In this document: in pieces, positions 25,744 through 38,424 of the stretch | Layout of the letters: each line of letters starts with the position of its first letter | Numbering within the stretch: position 1 is the stretch's first letter | Origin: Phoronis australis | Lineage: Eukaryota > Animalia > Phoronida | Assembly: GCA_002633005.1 (NCBI GenBank) | Contig: NMRA01000130.1 | Span: forward strand, 478,531 to 542,530 | DNA length: 64,000 nucleotides | Reading direction: 5' to 3' | Translations under genes and position numbers: made by a program | Notes under the pieces: model-generated | Told to the model about the DNA's origin: nothing | The model's input: the letters and a program-made list of their open reading frames with translations, nothing else | Databases searched by the model: none

Positions 25744-27815
25744 TGTTTTGAAGTGTTTTGTTTCAAACAAATCGTCACATCCATGCTCGTTATTGAAGCG
25801 TCAGATTACATTCAAGGCATCGTTTGTTTCATGAAATTGACTCGAGACTCAAGACAGAAATTTGGTCTTACTCTCTCACTTCACAATTGCTGAAAAAGGG
25901 TTTAAACATCAGTCTAGGAATAGTTGAAAGAAAATATCAGTCAGTAACAAGCAGATAGGTGCATATTCTCAGACTATGCACTTTGTCTAAAAGAGAAATC
26001 GTCGTTTGGAGCGCAAGACCAAATTTTGAGGTCTATTTCATGAATAGTGACTTTAAAGTCTTAAATGACTTGTTCAGTCAGAAAGTCAATTTCATGTAAC
26101 AGTTACTAAGTTCATACCTTTATTGGAAATAATTTTTACTGAAACCAAGAAAGATAGAAATTAATTTCTGCTAAAGAACCTGAATAAACACAGGATGAAA
26201 ACAAATGGAGATTTTTGTGGTTAGCACATCTTGTATTGTTACACAAAACAAGAAATTTACATAAGAAAGTACATATGGTAAACGTAACAACACAGCTTCA
26301 ATTCACACAAATATTAGAATATAATAGCACTTAGAAATTCATCAGCAATGCCAACAGTGACCACAACTTTGTGACATACATGTACATCTAATAATTTCAT
26401 TGGTTATAAAATACTAAGCTAGTCCCAACATGCTTGACACAGACATCCTCAAAACTGGACATACCATAAGCCAAAGGTGTGTTAGACACAAGTTGAAGCC
26501 ACACGGACAATTAGATCGAGGTGAAAAACGTCGACATCGTGGTGTGGTGAATCTTGTCGCCAGTTTTCCACTTGGTTCATAGCGAGTAAAAATTCGAAAT
26601 CAAAATCCTGCTCTCATTTCCATGCATTACCAGTGGTTTTAAAGATACAATGCTGCTCACTGTTCACCAACAGATGGCTCTGTGCCAGGGCAGGTCCATG
26701 AATTTAATGACGGTGTGTTTACTACACCAGTGGCGCTATTTTCTTGTACCCGTTGGTTTTTTATCGTGCCTCCCGAGGAGATTTAACCACCCCTAAAATC
26801 CATCATTGTGATAAACTCTGCTCAATATGCAAGCACTGCAAATGACAACTTTATATATAACTCAAAATCCTAAGTACAAAAACCTCATTGAGGCACATGA
26901 CACTATGTTAAGCCTCTCCTCATTTTAAAGAAAACTCGAGCAAAGACTTCAGATGTCTCTATTCAGAAAGTTGTAATTTTCTGTTCCTAATCATCAAATC
27001 AATAACGACAATGTAGTACAGGTGTTTGTTCAAGGCAACTGTCGCACTTAAAGCGGTTATATATTCCAGTTTTAATTTAGAATACCTGCAGCCACAAAAT
27101 TGGACTCAATTTGTTCCCAACTTAGATGAGCTCCAAGTGATTCCTGGGCTTACAAAGAAATGAGGTCCTTATTCCTTGAAACCATGCTCGGCTCGTAAAA
27201 TGACACGCCATGACATGCCCACTTACTGAGCCTGATCTAACAAGCTGGATCCAACCAAAACAATTCGGCGTCATCCTCCTCAATGGGACCACATTGTCAA
27301 ATGTCAAAAACAAAACTTCAAGCGGTTTGCTAGAGTAAGAGGCATACACGGGACAGAAAGGCATTGGATAGACAGATGGATGGATGGACAGGGATGACAG
27401 CAATGAACAGTGCATCAATGGTGATTGAAGTACCAGACAGCACATGTAAAACAAGGCGACATTACAACGCTACTCAAGAAAAATTTTGGTTTATTTTATC
27501 TAGTCACAACTTTGGCTTGAATTGCATCCATTCTGTGCTCAGTAACAATAATATGAATATCAAAACAAATTCTAAACAAAAGTTGGAACTATTGGCTACA
27601 ATTAGAGCAAACCCATAGACGACAGTAACAAAACACATTAAGCGACACGATTTAATCATGTTTACAAAATTATTAGGAAAGAACTTTGCAAAATAGGCAG
27701 TTCCAAGTTAAAAAACATATACTGAAACTCCATAACAAATATTCACAAAGCACTAAGATTCACCATTATTCAGAAAGCAGACGTACCATCCTGTCATTTA
27801 GATCACGGCCACCAG

Positions 27816-27915
27816 GGGTCTACTTCACGAAAAGTCACTTCAAGATTTTGTACCTGTGCAGAGCCAAGACAAAATTTCCGATTTGCGTCTGCATTGCCTT
27901 TCATGAAACGGAACC
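27816..27915. mobile_element. 100-bp Harbinger-like MITE, CAG TSD
   Basis: CAG|GGGTCTACTTCACGAAA ... TTTCATGAAACGGAACC|CAG; ends related to the 13697 element. Confidence 0.6.
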
Positions 27916-28893
27916 CAGATTTTCAACAAGATAATGCCTACGGTATAATCTCACCAATTTAAGACGTATTATGAAGAAAACGTGATATTCAATAATTCTC
28001 CTTTTTTATTTAATGGCACTTATTCGCAATGTTTTATTATTTTCAAGTTCTGCACTGTACAGAACTGAAGTACATCGTGAGAAGTTACTCAAAAATGAAA
28101 AACGGGCAATTCTAGCAATTATTTTTGTTTGAAATTGGCGAGATTTTACCGTAATCATGTTTAACGCAATTTGCCCGTGACCCGCGATAGGTCATGGTAT
28201 GACTGCCCTACCTTTAAAATGGCTTAGTATAGCCAGCACACTCTTCGTGTTTGTAATGTGGCAAGCCTCAATTTTGATCTCGTTAAGATGGCAGACACAA
28301 CAGCACAATTCGTTGAGATTTGGCGAGGTTTATTATCCATTACTTTTCATCCAAAACTCTGCTGGACACATACTTCAAAATTACAGTGAAACTCTAAGAG
28401 TGTACTGCTGGAACATCTTTAACACTGTTGCAAAAATGTTACATTTGCAATTACTCTTATGTTCCAAAAAGAACATTTAACTTCTGTTAAAACAGCAATG
28501 CAACTAATTATATTTCAATTTACAAATTGTCCTGGTGAATAGAGCAATCATTTGGACTTGTACAAAACTTTAAGACTTTCTCACGATTCTGAAAATGAAT
28601 GCCAAGTTTCAAAGGCTTAATATAAGTTGAAAGTTCGCAAAATTTCACCAAGCATGGTTTGATGATAGGTAATTCGCGCCACCTTGAAACGTTATGCACA
28701 AAGCTTCGACTGCTCTTAGAAACCTGACCAAAGGCGAATAGAATGTTCCGTTACTATAAAGTTGTATTTTAACATACGGTATTCATGAATCTAACGTACA
28801 TAAACAGCCTTCAAAGCACTAAACTACCCAACATTCAATAACAGCGTTCTCTAACATTTGCCCAGCAACAGCACAGCACCCCACTTACACTGT

Positions 28894-29020
28894 TCAGTTA
28901 GGGTAGTTCAGCAGCAACTCGTTCACGTTGATGGTGTCTATATCTTCGGGCACGTAGTCTGTGATCATTTCAAAGCCAATAGGATTCATCCCGTCACCGG
29001 TGTCGCCATCAGTGCCATAA
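28894..29020 (-). CDS. STAT5: STAT terminal coding exon, acidic TAD-like (SYGTDGDT...VPEDIDTINVNELLLNYPN*)
   Basis: tttcttttacAG acceptor, phase fits, acidic/hydrophobic tail similar to STAT5 DV..LL, TGA at 28894-28896. Confidence 0.85.
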
Positions 29021-30349
29021 CTGTAAAAGAAAACGAGATTTCTAATAAATGTTCGGCTACACATAACTAAGAAAACGAGCTTTTCTCGCCAAAGACACAC
29101 AACATGGCATACAATGCACAGGAGTGATATTTTCTAGTAACAAAGTTACATCTCCATCCTACCATTTTTGCCTAGTCCCTGGTGACCAAATCAAATTTCT
29201 TTACGAGCAGATTAAACAGCGACTGTATGACTCGAATACAGTATCGACATTCATTGCACTCGTAAATCTGAAAAGTCATCTTTTTACACGCTACATGGCT
29301 CATTTGGACCACAACATAGTAAAATGTGAACAGACAGCACTTTAACCATAAGAAGTTAGTTATTTTGTGCATGAGAGGGTTTCAAAACCCCTAATGCAGC
29401 AGTTCAGAAATCCAGATGCAATACACTACTTAGTGCATACCAGTACACGAACAGTAGTTCAGTCACATCGCAGACTAATATACAGGGCGCGAATCAGAGA
29501 AAGGACAACGGCAATCCGGTATCACATTGGGTGGATTTGAACACCCTGTTCTATCTTTAGAACAGCACAAAAATGTATAAATCTACAACCTTGAATCGCT
29601 CTCTGGGTAAAAAATGAGCTCGAGATAGACCCCGACATAAAATACCAGTAAAAACTTAACTCTTCCTTGAACAAACGTAATTGGTTATTGGTGCTACACT
29701 AATAACGTATGACTTGTCACACAATCACAAACGTCAGCTTTTAGGACACGAAATACAGCACATTTGCAGATATTTTGTTACTTTTCCAACAAACGTCCTT
29801 CATTCATAAGGTTACGTGCAATTCATAACAAATTACCAGAATTGGTTCCAGTTAAATAATTATCAGTGATCCTAATTCCGTAAGTTAGCAAATTTTGCTT
29901 CAGCAAACATGTCACCTCCTTCTGATACACTTCGTTTTCTAAGAAAAAAAGTGCACAATGTGTGCGTCACTAACGAGCATGCGATTTTGAAGTTAGTCAG
30001 AGATCAGATGTGCAATGAATGCTGATGTTACAAAAACGCTCAGTCTGTTGGACATTGTACGTTTTGGCTCAAGCTTCACCTTGACAGGAGAGCAGTCTCA
30101 GTGAACTAAGAAGCCGCGCGTCATTCAAATTTCCTACTTTTTACCCAAAGCAATTGACCCACTACCAGGATTTGAGTGACGTCTTAACTGACCAAGCACA
30201 ACGCAGCATTCTTAACACATCTTCGTTTCCGAGCCGCCACTTTACGCGACAAACAACATGTTGACGGGTAAAACTTATGGTTTGTTTGTCGGATATCACG
30301 CGACTTTTCGCAAGGGGGCGGAGCTTGCAATAGGTCAATTGGCAGCTGT

Positions 30350-30625
30350 ATTTTAATGTTGGGTCAGATACACCTAGCAGGCTGGCAAACCCTCCACAGG
30401 CTTCTAGCAAGCAAGAACACGGGCAACCGAAGGTAATGTCTGTAACCGCAGAGCAGGCGAGAAACTTGTCACACATTATCGTGTGGGATGAGAATAAGAT
30501 TATGAACCAGAAGAACATTGAACTGAGCTAAGGAGCACACGAAGCCATCCATATCAAAAGACAGGCCATTGCCTTTAATACAGATAGAGGGAGAAACCCT
30601 ATTTCGCCAGTCTACAAAGCTCGTT
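30350..30625 (+). pseudogene. Degenerate GIY-YIG endonuclease C-terminus of a Penelope-like retroelement
   Basis: Translates SVTAEQARNLSHIIVWDENKIM...*GAHEAIHIKRQAIAFNTDRGRNPISPVY, matching the recalled pattern SA.AEH...H.I.W...KI...EAI.I....LN.D.G; contains a stop. Confidence 0.7.
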
Positions 30626-31992
30626 ACCACAAGACATGGCAAATATGAGAAAAAGCAAGCAATGAGTGAGGGTAAGCATAAATTAGTTGGGGCGTTCTAC
30701 TTCGGAGCACCTTGAATGAGCAAGCCCTACAAAAGCTTAGAAAAGATAGACAGCAAATACTACAACCTGTTATGAGCTCAAGGCTACCTGAAACGAGGAT
30801 CAGAATACCACGTCATTCCCTAGGACATGCATCACAGGAAAAACGGGAACTCCAATCTAAATGGTACTGGTTAAAAGGACGCGGCTCTTGACTTCATGAC
30901 ACGTCACTCACAAGGACACATATCGCGCTCCCGCATAATGAGTAATTAAGATGGCTAACATCTCAGTCACGTGAAGCTTCTGATGAGCTTCCCACGAGTT
31001 TCGGGCAAAAAATTGTAATTTCGACCAACAGCTGGCTACTAGCAATCTGAAAAAATTGCTCGATCAAGACAGAGAGGAACAGCTGAGCTTCGCCCAATAT
31101 GTGGCAAAGGCACAAGATAAAAGTGCTTACAGTAAGCGAGTTTTGGACAAAAATAATAGCCATTTTACGAAATAGCAGAGACATAATGAAATACGCCTAG
31201 TTGCTGGATGGTGATAGAGTAGTAAATTGGTAGCATTCTGCGCTCTAGTACGGAGATTTAGTGCAGTGAGACTTCCCGACATTTTTAATGGTCAGGCCAT
31301 CATGCCATCAAATTGCCCCTGTTGCCAGGTAGGACAATTAAACCATTCACACAAAAACGTCCAATGTCTCAAATGTCTTTGCGGGATACAAATTACATTT
31401 CATCCATGCCGTCTTGAGAGTTGTAGGTCAAATATTCCCCCATAGCCAAAACTGATTTATAGTTCAAGAGCTTCAAACATTGTCCAAAATACCCACCACT
31501 TTTCAAACCAATTTGCTAGCTCCAGTACAGAACTTTATGAGCATTCGTGTGTTGACTACTGCTCTTGTATCAAATACTTAATAGCCTCCATATTGAGCAT
31601 CATATAGGTGAGATTTTACCAAATTAGGCCACTTTATACAAGTAATGTCAACCTGTCTGGCACACAGTCAAGTGTTTAAGAAGTGCTGTCACCAACAGAC
31701 AACTGAACAACGGAAGCTGTCCATAAAAGTGACGATTTGCTGTGCTCAGAACCACGCCGGTCCGTAACCTTCATATGGACAAGTAGCGAAATGAATTACA
31801 GTGCGGTAGAGTTATAACTCGACGAATGAAGACCTTACATACTCCAAGGAACGACATGTTATTCACCATGACAGTCGTAACGGGAGGAACGGTAGCCTGA
31901 TCACTACGCGCGACAATCATCTGAATCCACACTGTCACGTGTCATTTGCTAGGACACAGTAAAAAGAACAGAAATGCTGACCTAAACTCTAC

Positions 31993-32127
31993 CTGTTGGT
32001 ACTGTAATCTTGACTCTGAACAGAGGCTGGTCCATCCTGGTACGACGACTGGGGAGACTGAGGCATCATCCCCATTGGTGTTTGTGGATTGTGCAAGTCC
32101 ATTGGAGCCGCGTGATGAGACTTCATA
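31993..32127 (-). CDS. STAT5: STAT coding exon 16 (MKSHHAAP...PMGMMPQSPQSS...DYSTN)
   Basis: Contains PQSP, resembling the STAT1/3 PMSP serine phosphosite; 135 nt, phase 2-2. Confidence 0.85.
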
Positions 32128-32858
32128 CTGTGATACAAGGAAAATAATCATTCTTTTATTTGGGGCATTTGATTTGTTAGACATGTCAAAATATATACGT
32201 AACTCACTAAACTACGAGGGGTATGTGGACCAACACACACGCCTGAGCGGCAACACACACGCACGCGCCAACACACACACGCACGCACACTCCATGTACA
32301 CTGCAGCAGCAAAAATAGACATGTCAAAATAAATACACTAGTCTCTATAGAGTTTAAGACACGTGTGCACCGTCACACACACATACCCATTCTATGTACA
32401 CTTCCGCAAGAATAAAACCAGACTTGTCAAAATAAACACACTAGTCTCTTTAGAGTCTAAGACACATGTGCACTGACACACATATGCACGCACGCATGCA
32501 CGCACGCACGCACGCACGCACGCAGTTTCAGATACAGACAATACTCTCCGCACAGTTCTCCAAAACTCTGTTAGGAAATGTATTAAAACGTTCCACCTTC
32601 GTATGAGGGGCTATCAGAAATAGAGACTTCAAAAAAAAAAAAAATCTGTCATTTTCTTGAAAAAAATCAAAAACTTGCACGAAACCAAAACGAAAAGATA
32701 ATTTGAAGACCGTATCAGTGGTGATGAGATTTAATGCTGAACATTTATTTCAAATTCCTATTATTTATACTGTCATATTCCTATCAAAGTACCATTCCTT
32801 TTTCCAAGTTGTACTAAAAGTACATGGTCAGGTGACCCAACTGGCAGATTGTTAAATG

Positions 32859-33000
32859 TCTAAAATCCAATTCTAAGAGCTAAATACCTAAAATCCAATT
32901 CTAAAAGCTAAATACCTAAAATCCAATTCTAAAAGCTAAATACCTAAAATCCAATTCTAAAAGCTAAATATCTAAAATCCAATTCTAAAAGCTAAATACT
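32859..33000. repeat. 28-bp minisatellite (AAATACCTAAAATCCAATTCTAAAAGCT) about 5 copies, inside a partial copy of the 500-bp family
   Basis: Units start at 32882, 32910, 32938 and so on. Confidence 0.95.
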
Positions 33001-33097
33001 TTTATGGAGATAAACTGTACGTTTCTGCAGATATTTGGCTAAATATTCAGATCTATCGACACGGTCGTACATAACATTAATTTAAACCATTACATAC

Positions 33098-33161
33098 CTT
33101 GGCACGAATGCAATCAGCTCGTGTTGTACATACCCCTTAGGATCAGGCGCCTGGCGACGCT
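33098..33161 (-). CDS. STAT5: STAT coding exon 15, phosphotyrosine segment (ERRQAPDPKGYVQHELIAFVP); Tyr codon 33130-33132
   Basis: GYV is equivalent to the STAT5 activating-tyrosine motif DGYVKP; AG|GTATGT donor; 64 nt with fitting phases. Confidence 0.92.
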
Positions 33162-34177
33162 CTTGGTAGGGAGAAGACAACAAGAAAACAATTAACTACC
33201 AAAAACAACAGCGAATTGAAAAGGTTCCAAAAAACAAAGAATACACTACATAATATAATGTGGTATGTATTCTGTACATAGTATTGTAAAAATTTAAGAC
33301 TTCCATAAAGTTGCACTAACAGCATACATTTGCGCACCCAGCCTAAAATTGGGGGGCTCAAATTTTTGAAAATTTGGACCTTTTACTAAGATTCAAGGGT
33401 TACATTCAGAGCTATGTATTGTGCATTCGCAAAAATTTGGTTGTTCCTGCATTTTTAGAGGAATTATGACTCGTTTTCTACTTTTTTCAGTGTTTTTGTT
33501 TCTCTGAGATGTACCTTTTAGCCCACTTCGCTTGGGGGAGCTCAAACGAGCCCCAAAAGCCCCCACTGGGGGCACGCATGGCATACCAAATTGTATGATT
33601 TCAACTCAAAGTGTACCAACAAAACTTTGAACATGATTACTTGTGAAGAACATGAAACTATTTCAGTATTAACTTAGACCAAAATAACAGTGCTGCCATT
33701 CCATCACATGTCACATTGCGCTTCTTGACCAATGCTGTTGACGTCAAGCAAACAATTAAACTTGATACTTAAACTTTAAAGAAACGGGGCCCTGGTCAGG
33801 TTTATTACTCAGTTCATAAAATATGTTGAACTTTTGAGTGTAAAAAATCCGAAAGTGTTATCTATCATGAAGCACCAGTTTCAACAGATGGCCTCACTGG
33901 TGTTGAGGCAACCATTAGAACACATCACCACCAGGGGGTGCTGTTTCACTTCACTGCAACTCAGACTAGATCTGAGATGCGCGGACCGCAAAGAATTAAC
34001 TGAAATCGAATCTACTATTGTCCCATGTGATGCACACGCGTGTATGCACATGAAATTCAGCCATTTTTCGCAGAAGGACAACAAATAACCCGTCACAGTG
34101 CAAAAGCTCGAATCACAACTGTACATTAACCAGCTGGTCACTACGACACATGGCCTCATATTCAACTACTATCCTAC

Positions 34178-34333
34178 CTTCATCTAAAGTCCAGTATTTG
34201 CCAAACGCTGTTGCCTTGGAGATGTCCGGGTAAAGGTTAATTAATGCCTCCAAATCTTTGATTCGATCAGCCAAGCTACGAATGGTGAAGTCCTTGGATG
34301 TGTACGGTGCCAAGTTCCACACCAACCTGTCGC
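34178..34333 (-). CDS. STAT5: STAT coding exon 14, SH2 (LVWNLAPYTSKDFTIRSLADRIKDL...AFGKYWTLDE)
   Basis: Conserved DF.IRSLADR; 156 nt, phase 1-1. Confidence 0.97.
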
Positions 34334-34515
34334 CTGCAGAAACAGATCATAACAAAAATGATAGTCCGATATACATTGCATAAGATGTGAGTAGGCCTCT
34401 CAGCCTTCCCGTTGCACCAAACACCTGAAACCATTTTGTCATTCACTAAACACATACATATAACACGTATACACAAATTATACCAAGCTGAGGAGCTAGA
34501 GGGTCTAGCAGTGGG

Positions 34516-34586
34516 GTCCCATGGGATTTGATCCCACTACCTCGACAACAAAAGGCAGACACTCAATCCACTAGGACACACTGCCT
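34516..34586 (-). mobile_element. tRNA-derived SINE head
   Basis: Minus strand GGCAGTGTGTCCTAGTGGATTGAGTGTC...GGGATCAAATCCC has A-box- and B-box-like spacing; degenerate. Confidence 0.5.
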
Positions 34587-35290
34587 CCTCTGATCACTGT
34601 TAACTTCAGGTATTCGTTTTATTATACGCGTGACAGACAGGATCACTGGTGATGAGGCTCATTACAAGGTCATGAAAGGATAAGTTCAATACTACCCAGG
34701 GACACGTTTGGCGGCCGCCATTTGGACGGCCAGTTTTGAAAAATGACGGCGTGGACGGCACAGCCAAGAGAGAAAAAGACAGCCTCTTGCAAGAAAACCT
34801 CAGAGAAAACGATGGTGAAACAAAGAATTTTAACATTTCCCATCAATGCCACGCTGACGATCGGCAACTGCTGCAACCATGCTTTTCGGGGAATATCTCC
34901 TTGTCTTGTGACATCAGCGTGACTTCATACCGAACCCACACATATGGCGAGCGTGAATCTTGCGAGTTTGTACCCAACTTTTCAAATCCTAGATGAGCCC
35001 CCGATACTGCCACACACGAATGATAACGTAAATCTACTTCATTTGCGACCACTAGTCTTATACTGGCAGGATTTGTCTTTTCACAGAGTAAAATAAGCAG
35101 CTGTGACCAAGGGGGTCCCCAAATAATAAGAGATGAATGCCACCTGCAGTGAAAGGGTCTTCCAGTCACGCCTAGCTTAAACACCCCAAAGGTTGAAACT
35201 GACTCGGCCTATAGACACTTCAATGCATTCCTTATCAGCCACAAGTGTTAACATTTTCCATACCATTGAGACTTATCTGAATCAACGCAC

Positions 35291-35433
35291 CTGGCTTTTC
35301 ACTGTCTGGTGCTACCCACGCGATTGTGATGCCACCTGGTGTATTATCGCTGAACCGCAACAAAAAAGTTCCGTCTGGCTTGGACAGAAGCATAGATTGA
35401 GCATCTTGCTTTGAGACGAAGCCATGGATGGTT
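35291..35433 (-). CDS. STAT5: STAT coding exon 13, SH2 (TIHGFVSK...[20 protein letters not shown])
   Basis: SH2 signature GTFLLRFSD; 143 nt. Confidence 0.97.
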
Positions 35434-35957
35434 CTACAAAAACAATAAGCAATTGAAACAAACATATAAGGTCTCAACAATTCTTTAAAACGCTCCTCTC
35501 CTGTCTAATGTAAGCAGGCTTACATCATACAGTGAATCATATCTGTCGGTATGTGCAGAGGTGTCCCAGAATGAGAAACGAGTCATGTTTCACATATGCA
35601 CAAGTGTTTCCACCCCAAGCAGCCTGGCTACTGATGCTTAGAAGTATAAGCAAGAATTATAGCCAAGTCGGAAAAGATCTCCGTCTCCACCAGGACTTGA
35701 ATCACCAGAGCTGAAGACTAATAATTTTTACTTATACTATATCGATGCACTGATTTACAACATCACAATTATATAAATGCTTATAATTGCTCTCGCCATC
35801 ACCATCATCACCACCAATTCAAAACTGCCCACACAGTCTCGTGACAGCCAAGCATCTTACCGTGCCACTCACTGATCATGTAGGTTTTCCTCAATCAAAT
35901 CAACACACACACACACACACACCAGAAACATAGCCATAAGTTTATCTGCATACAAAC

Positions 35958-36560
35958 ACCACCTGGTGACTGTAAACTCATGACTACATACTGCCCACTG
36001 CCTGGTGACTGTAACCATGACTACATGGTGCCCAACACCTGGGCCCGGTCTCCAATCTTTGTACTCGAAACGAACTCGAAACTATTTTTGGCAATTTCTC
36101 TGCTCCTTTTGTGCGAACTTAAGATAATTGGTTATCAGACTGTGCTCGAATACATTATAGTTTATGCATAGGAGTTTCTAGTACAAGTTTGCCCTTGAAG
36201 ACCCTTATATTCGCGCTACAAACTCGAGTAAAAACTCGAAATTTTGAGTTCAAACTCGAACTTATTGCTTTAATATTGGGTTTACAAACTGTGAACTAAG
36301 AGCAATAAATCATCTACCTAAGTTATTGTGTACTCGAGCATAGAATAACAGACACATATCTTGAGTTCGCCCAAAAGTACAGTAGAAAATGACAAACCTA
36401 ATTTGGAGTTCCATTTCGAGTAAAAAGATTGGGGACCGGGCCCTGGTGACTAATCATGACTACATGCTGCTGACCACCTGGTGACTGTAACCATGACTAC
36501 ATGCTGCTCACCACCTGGTGACTGTAACCATGACTACATGCTACCCACCACCTGGTAACC
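35958..36560. repeat. 37-bp minisatellite (CCACCTGGTGACTGTAACCATGACTACATGCTGCTCA)n split by a MITE
   Basis: Units at about 35958-36041 and 36443-36560, ending about 15 bp from the exon 12 donor. Confidence 0.9.
36042..36442. mobile_element. 401-bp Harbinger-like MITE, CTG TSD
   Basis: TIR GGCCCGGTCTCCAATCTTT / AAAGATTGGGGACCGGGCC; internal ACTCGA repeats. Removing the element and one CTG restores the repeat unit CACCTGGTGACT. Confidence 0.9.
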
Positions 36561-36574
36561 AGCAAGCAACTTAC

Positions 36575-36722
36575 CCAGCCACCCAGTGTTCCCGCAGGTG
36601 TTCCTTAGTCAACTTGAGCACGCCATAGAACCACTCCCAGAAAGTCAGTGACTTGTCCTTCATCGTCTCCTTATTAAACTGGGCCCAGGTCACTCTCTGG
36701 GCGGACGCATCACCTACTGAAC
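36575..36722 (-). CDS. STAT5: STAT coding exon 12, linker (VTWAQFNKETM...TFWEWFYGVLKLTKEHLREHWVAG)
   Basis: Conserved W.QFNKE and TFW.WF; GG|GTAAGT donor; 148 nt. Not in the ORF track. Confidence 0.96.
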
Positions 36723-37347
36723 CTGCATAACAACTACAGTGGTCACAGACATGTTTACAACTTATTCCCTGTTATGGACAACAATGTGAACTTAATAACA
36801 TACAATCACTTGTTAAAATACGATGGTCTTGTAATGCAGCAAAAAAAAAATTAATTTCATTAGAACGTCAATTTTAAGCTGCCCTCCACCCAGTTTAGCT
36901 GGCTATAACATAAAAATCAAATTATGCCTGTTACTCTCACAAAATTCCATTTCTGTTACACGGTGTGTGTATGCATTGCCTATGACTTGAGCTGGTAACG
37001 GAAATGGATTCCTACCGGTAAGGAACATTATGCGACTGATTTTATGAGAGTAAAATGCCTACTTTGATATTTGCTTTTAGTTTGCTGAACAGAGCAACAT
37101 GCATCTGTAGCAGCTCATTTGATTTTCTGCCTTCTATAGATTTGTGTCGTAAACACGCTGTCCTCATTACATTATCTAATTAGTCCAATATCACAAACAG
37201 CTTAGCTTTAAAGGTGAAAACTTGCCTTTGAGGCTTGCTGTCTAAAATATGATCTATTTTGGTCTGAAGATTTTGACTTGACTTAATCATGGCTGCATGA
37301 GTCTTTACAACAGCTCTACACTGCAAACAACAAACAGAAGAACTCAC

Positions 37348-37576
37348 CAAAAAGTTTTTGAGCTAAGTAGTCCAAGGACTGTTCATTGAGACCGCGACCG
37401 ACACTCTGCTTGAACTTGCTATTTAACATGTCCTTCAGTTGTGGCCACATAACGGCGTCGGGCACTGCAAAGGGCAGTCGGCCGGGCTCGGAGAAGTAGT
37501 TGTCCCACAGGACGGTTGCCATGGCATTGCCCTCTTGGTTGCCATGGACGGTGACGACAACAGGAAGTGAGAGCGT
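37348..37576 (-). CDS. STAT5: STAT coding exon 11 ([14 protein letters not shown]...ATVLWDN...YLAQKLF)
   Basis: Conserved SLPVVV.VHGNQ and LWDN; G|GTGAGT donor; 229 nt. Confidence 0.97.
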
Positions 37577-38301
37577 CTAAAAAAGTAAAACAAGGTAAAA
37601 CATGAACTATCATCGACTGAGGGTAAAATTTGGATCGAATCTAGACACTGGGGACGTAACCCTCCAGTTACAAACAAAAACATGGACAGAAGAGTTGTCT
37701 TTAAATATTTGAGTTGAGACCAAAAGCAAGAAGCCTTGAGGATTTTACTAGATTTCATTCAATTTGCAAAGCAAGACAGGGACATTGCAAGTGGATGTAC
37801 ATGTAACCAAAGGCTGTTCATGGTAAGAGGAGCTTCAAACGACCTTTTTATACATCTTCAAAAAGTTTGTATGTACATCCTAATCGGGCTAAAACGCTTC
37901 ATGACTTCTTGATTTTTGTTCGGTTTCAGGTTTGGTTAAGGTTTCCTTGTTCAGTCTGATTTTTCAAGACAGTAAGACAACGATCAAGCTTAGCCTGAGA
38001 AGAGATGTGTTCAAAACTAGTCACAAACTTAACTCCCAAGTTAGTTAAACTAGAAATGCCTTTTCCGTGTGATTTAGCACCACAGAACAGTGTATCCTCA
38101 TTTTTCAATTCAACACCTTTGGTCTTAAACAAAACTCGGGTTAGCCGGGATTAACTATTTCAGCTCTATGTTCTAGTTCAGAAATTTTTGATGAGGTGCC
38201 TCCTTCAACTTGGATGCAACATCTACATCTTAGTTTACGTTTCTGCCCAAGGGTGGTGCACTGAGAAGAGGTATCAAAGGAAAGGGAAAAGCGACACACA
38301 C

Positions 38302-38424
38302 CCAAACCTGAAAGACCAGTTCACCACCGCCAACGTTGAACTGCGACTGGAACAAAATGGAGAACTTCTCTTCTGTCACTGCCTCGGTACCCTTCCGGTC
38401 AGCTCGTTTGATTTTCTTCAATTG
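38302..38424 (-). CDS. STAT5: STAT coding exon 10 ([21 protein letters not shown]...ELVFQVW)
   Basis: Conserved VTEEKF; 123 nt, phase 0-0. Confidence 0.96.
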
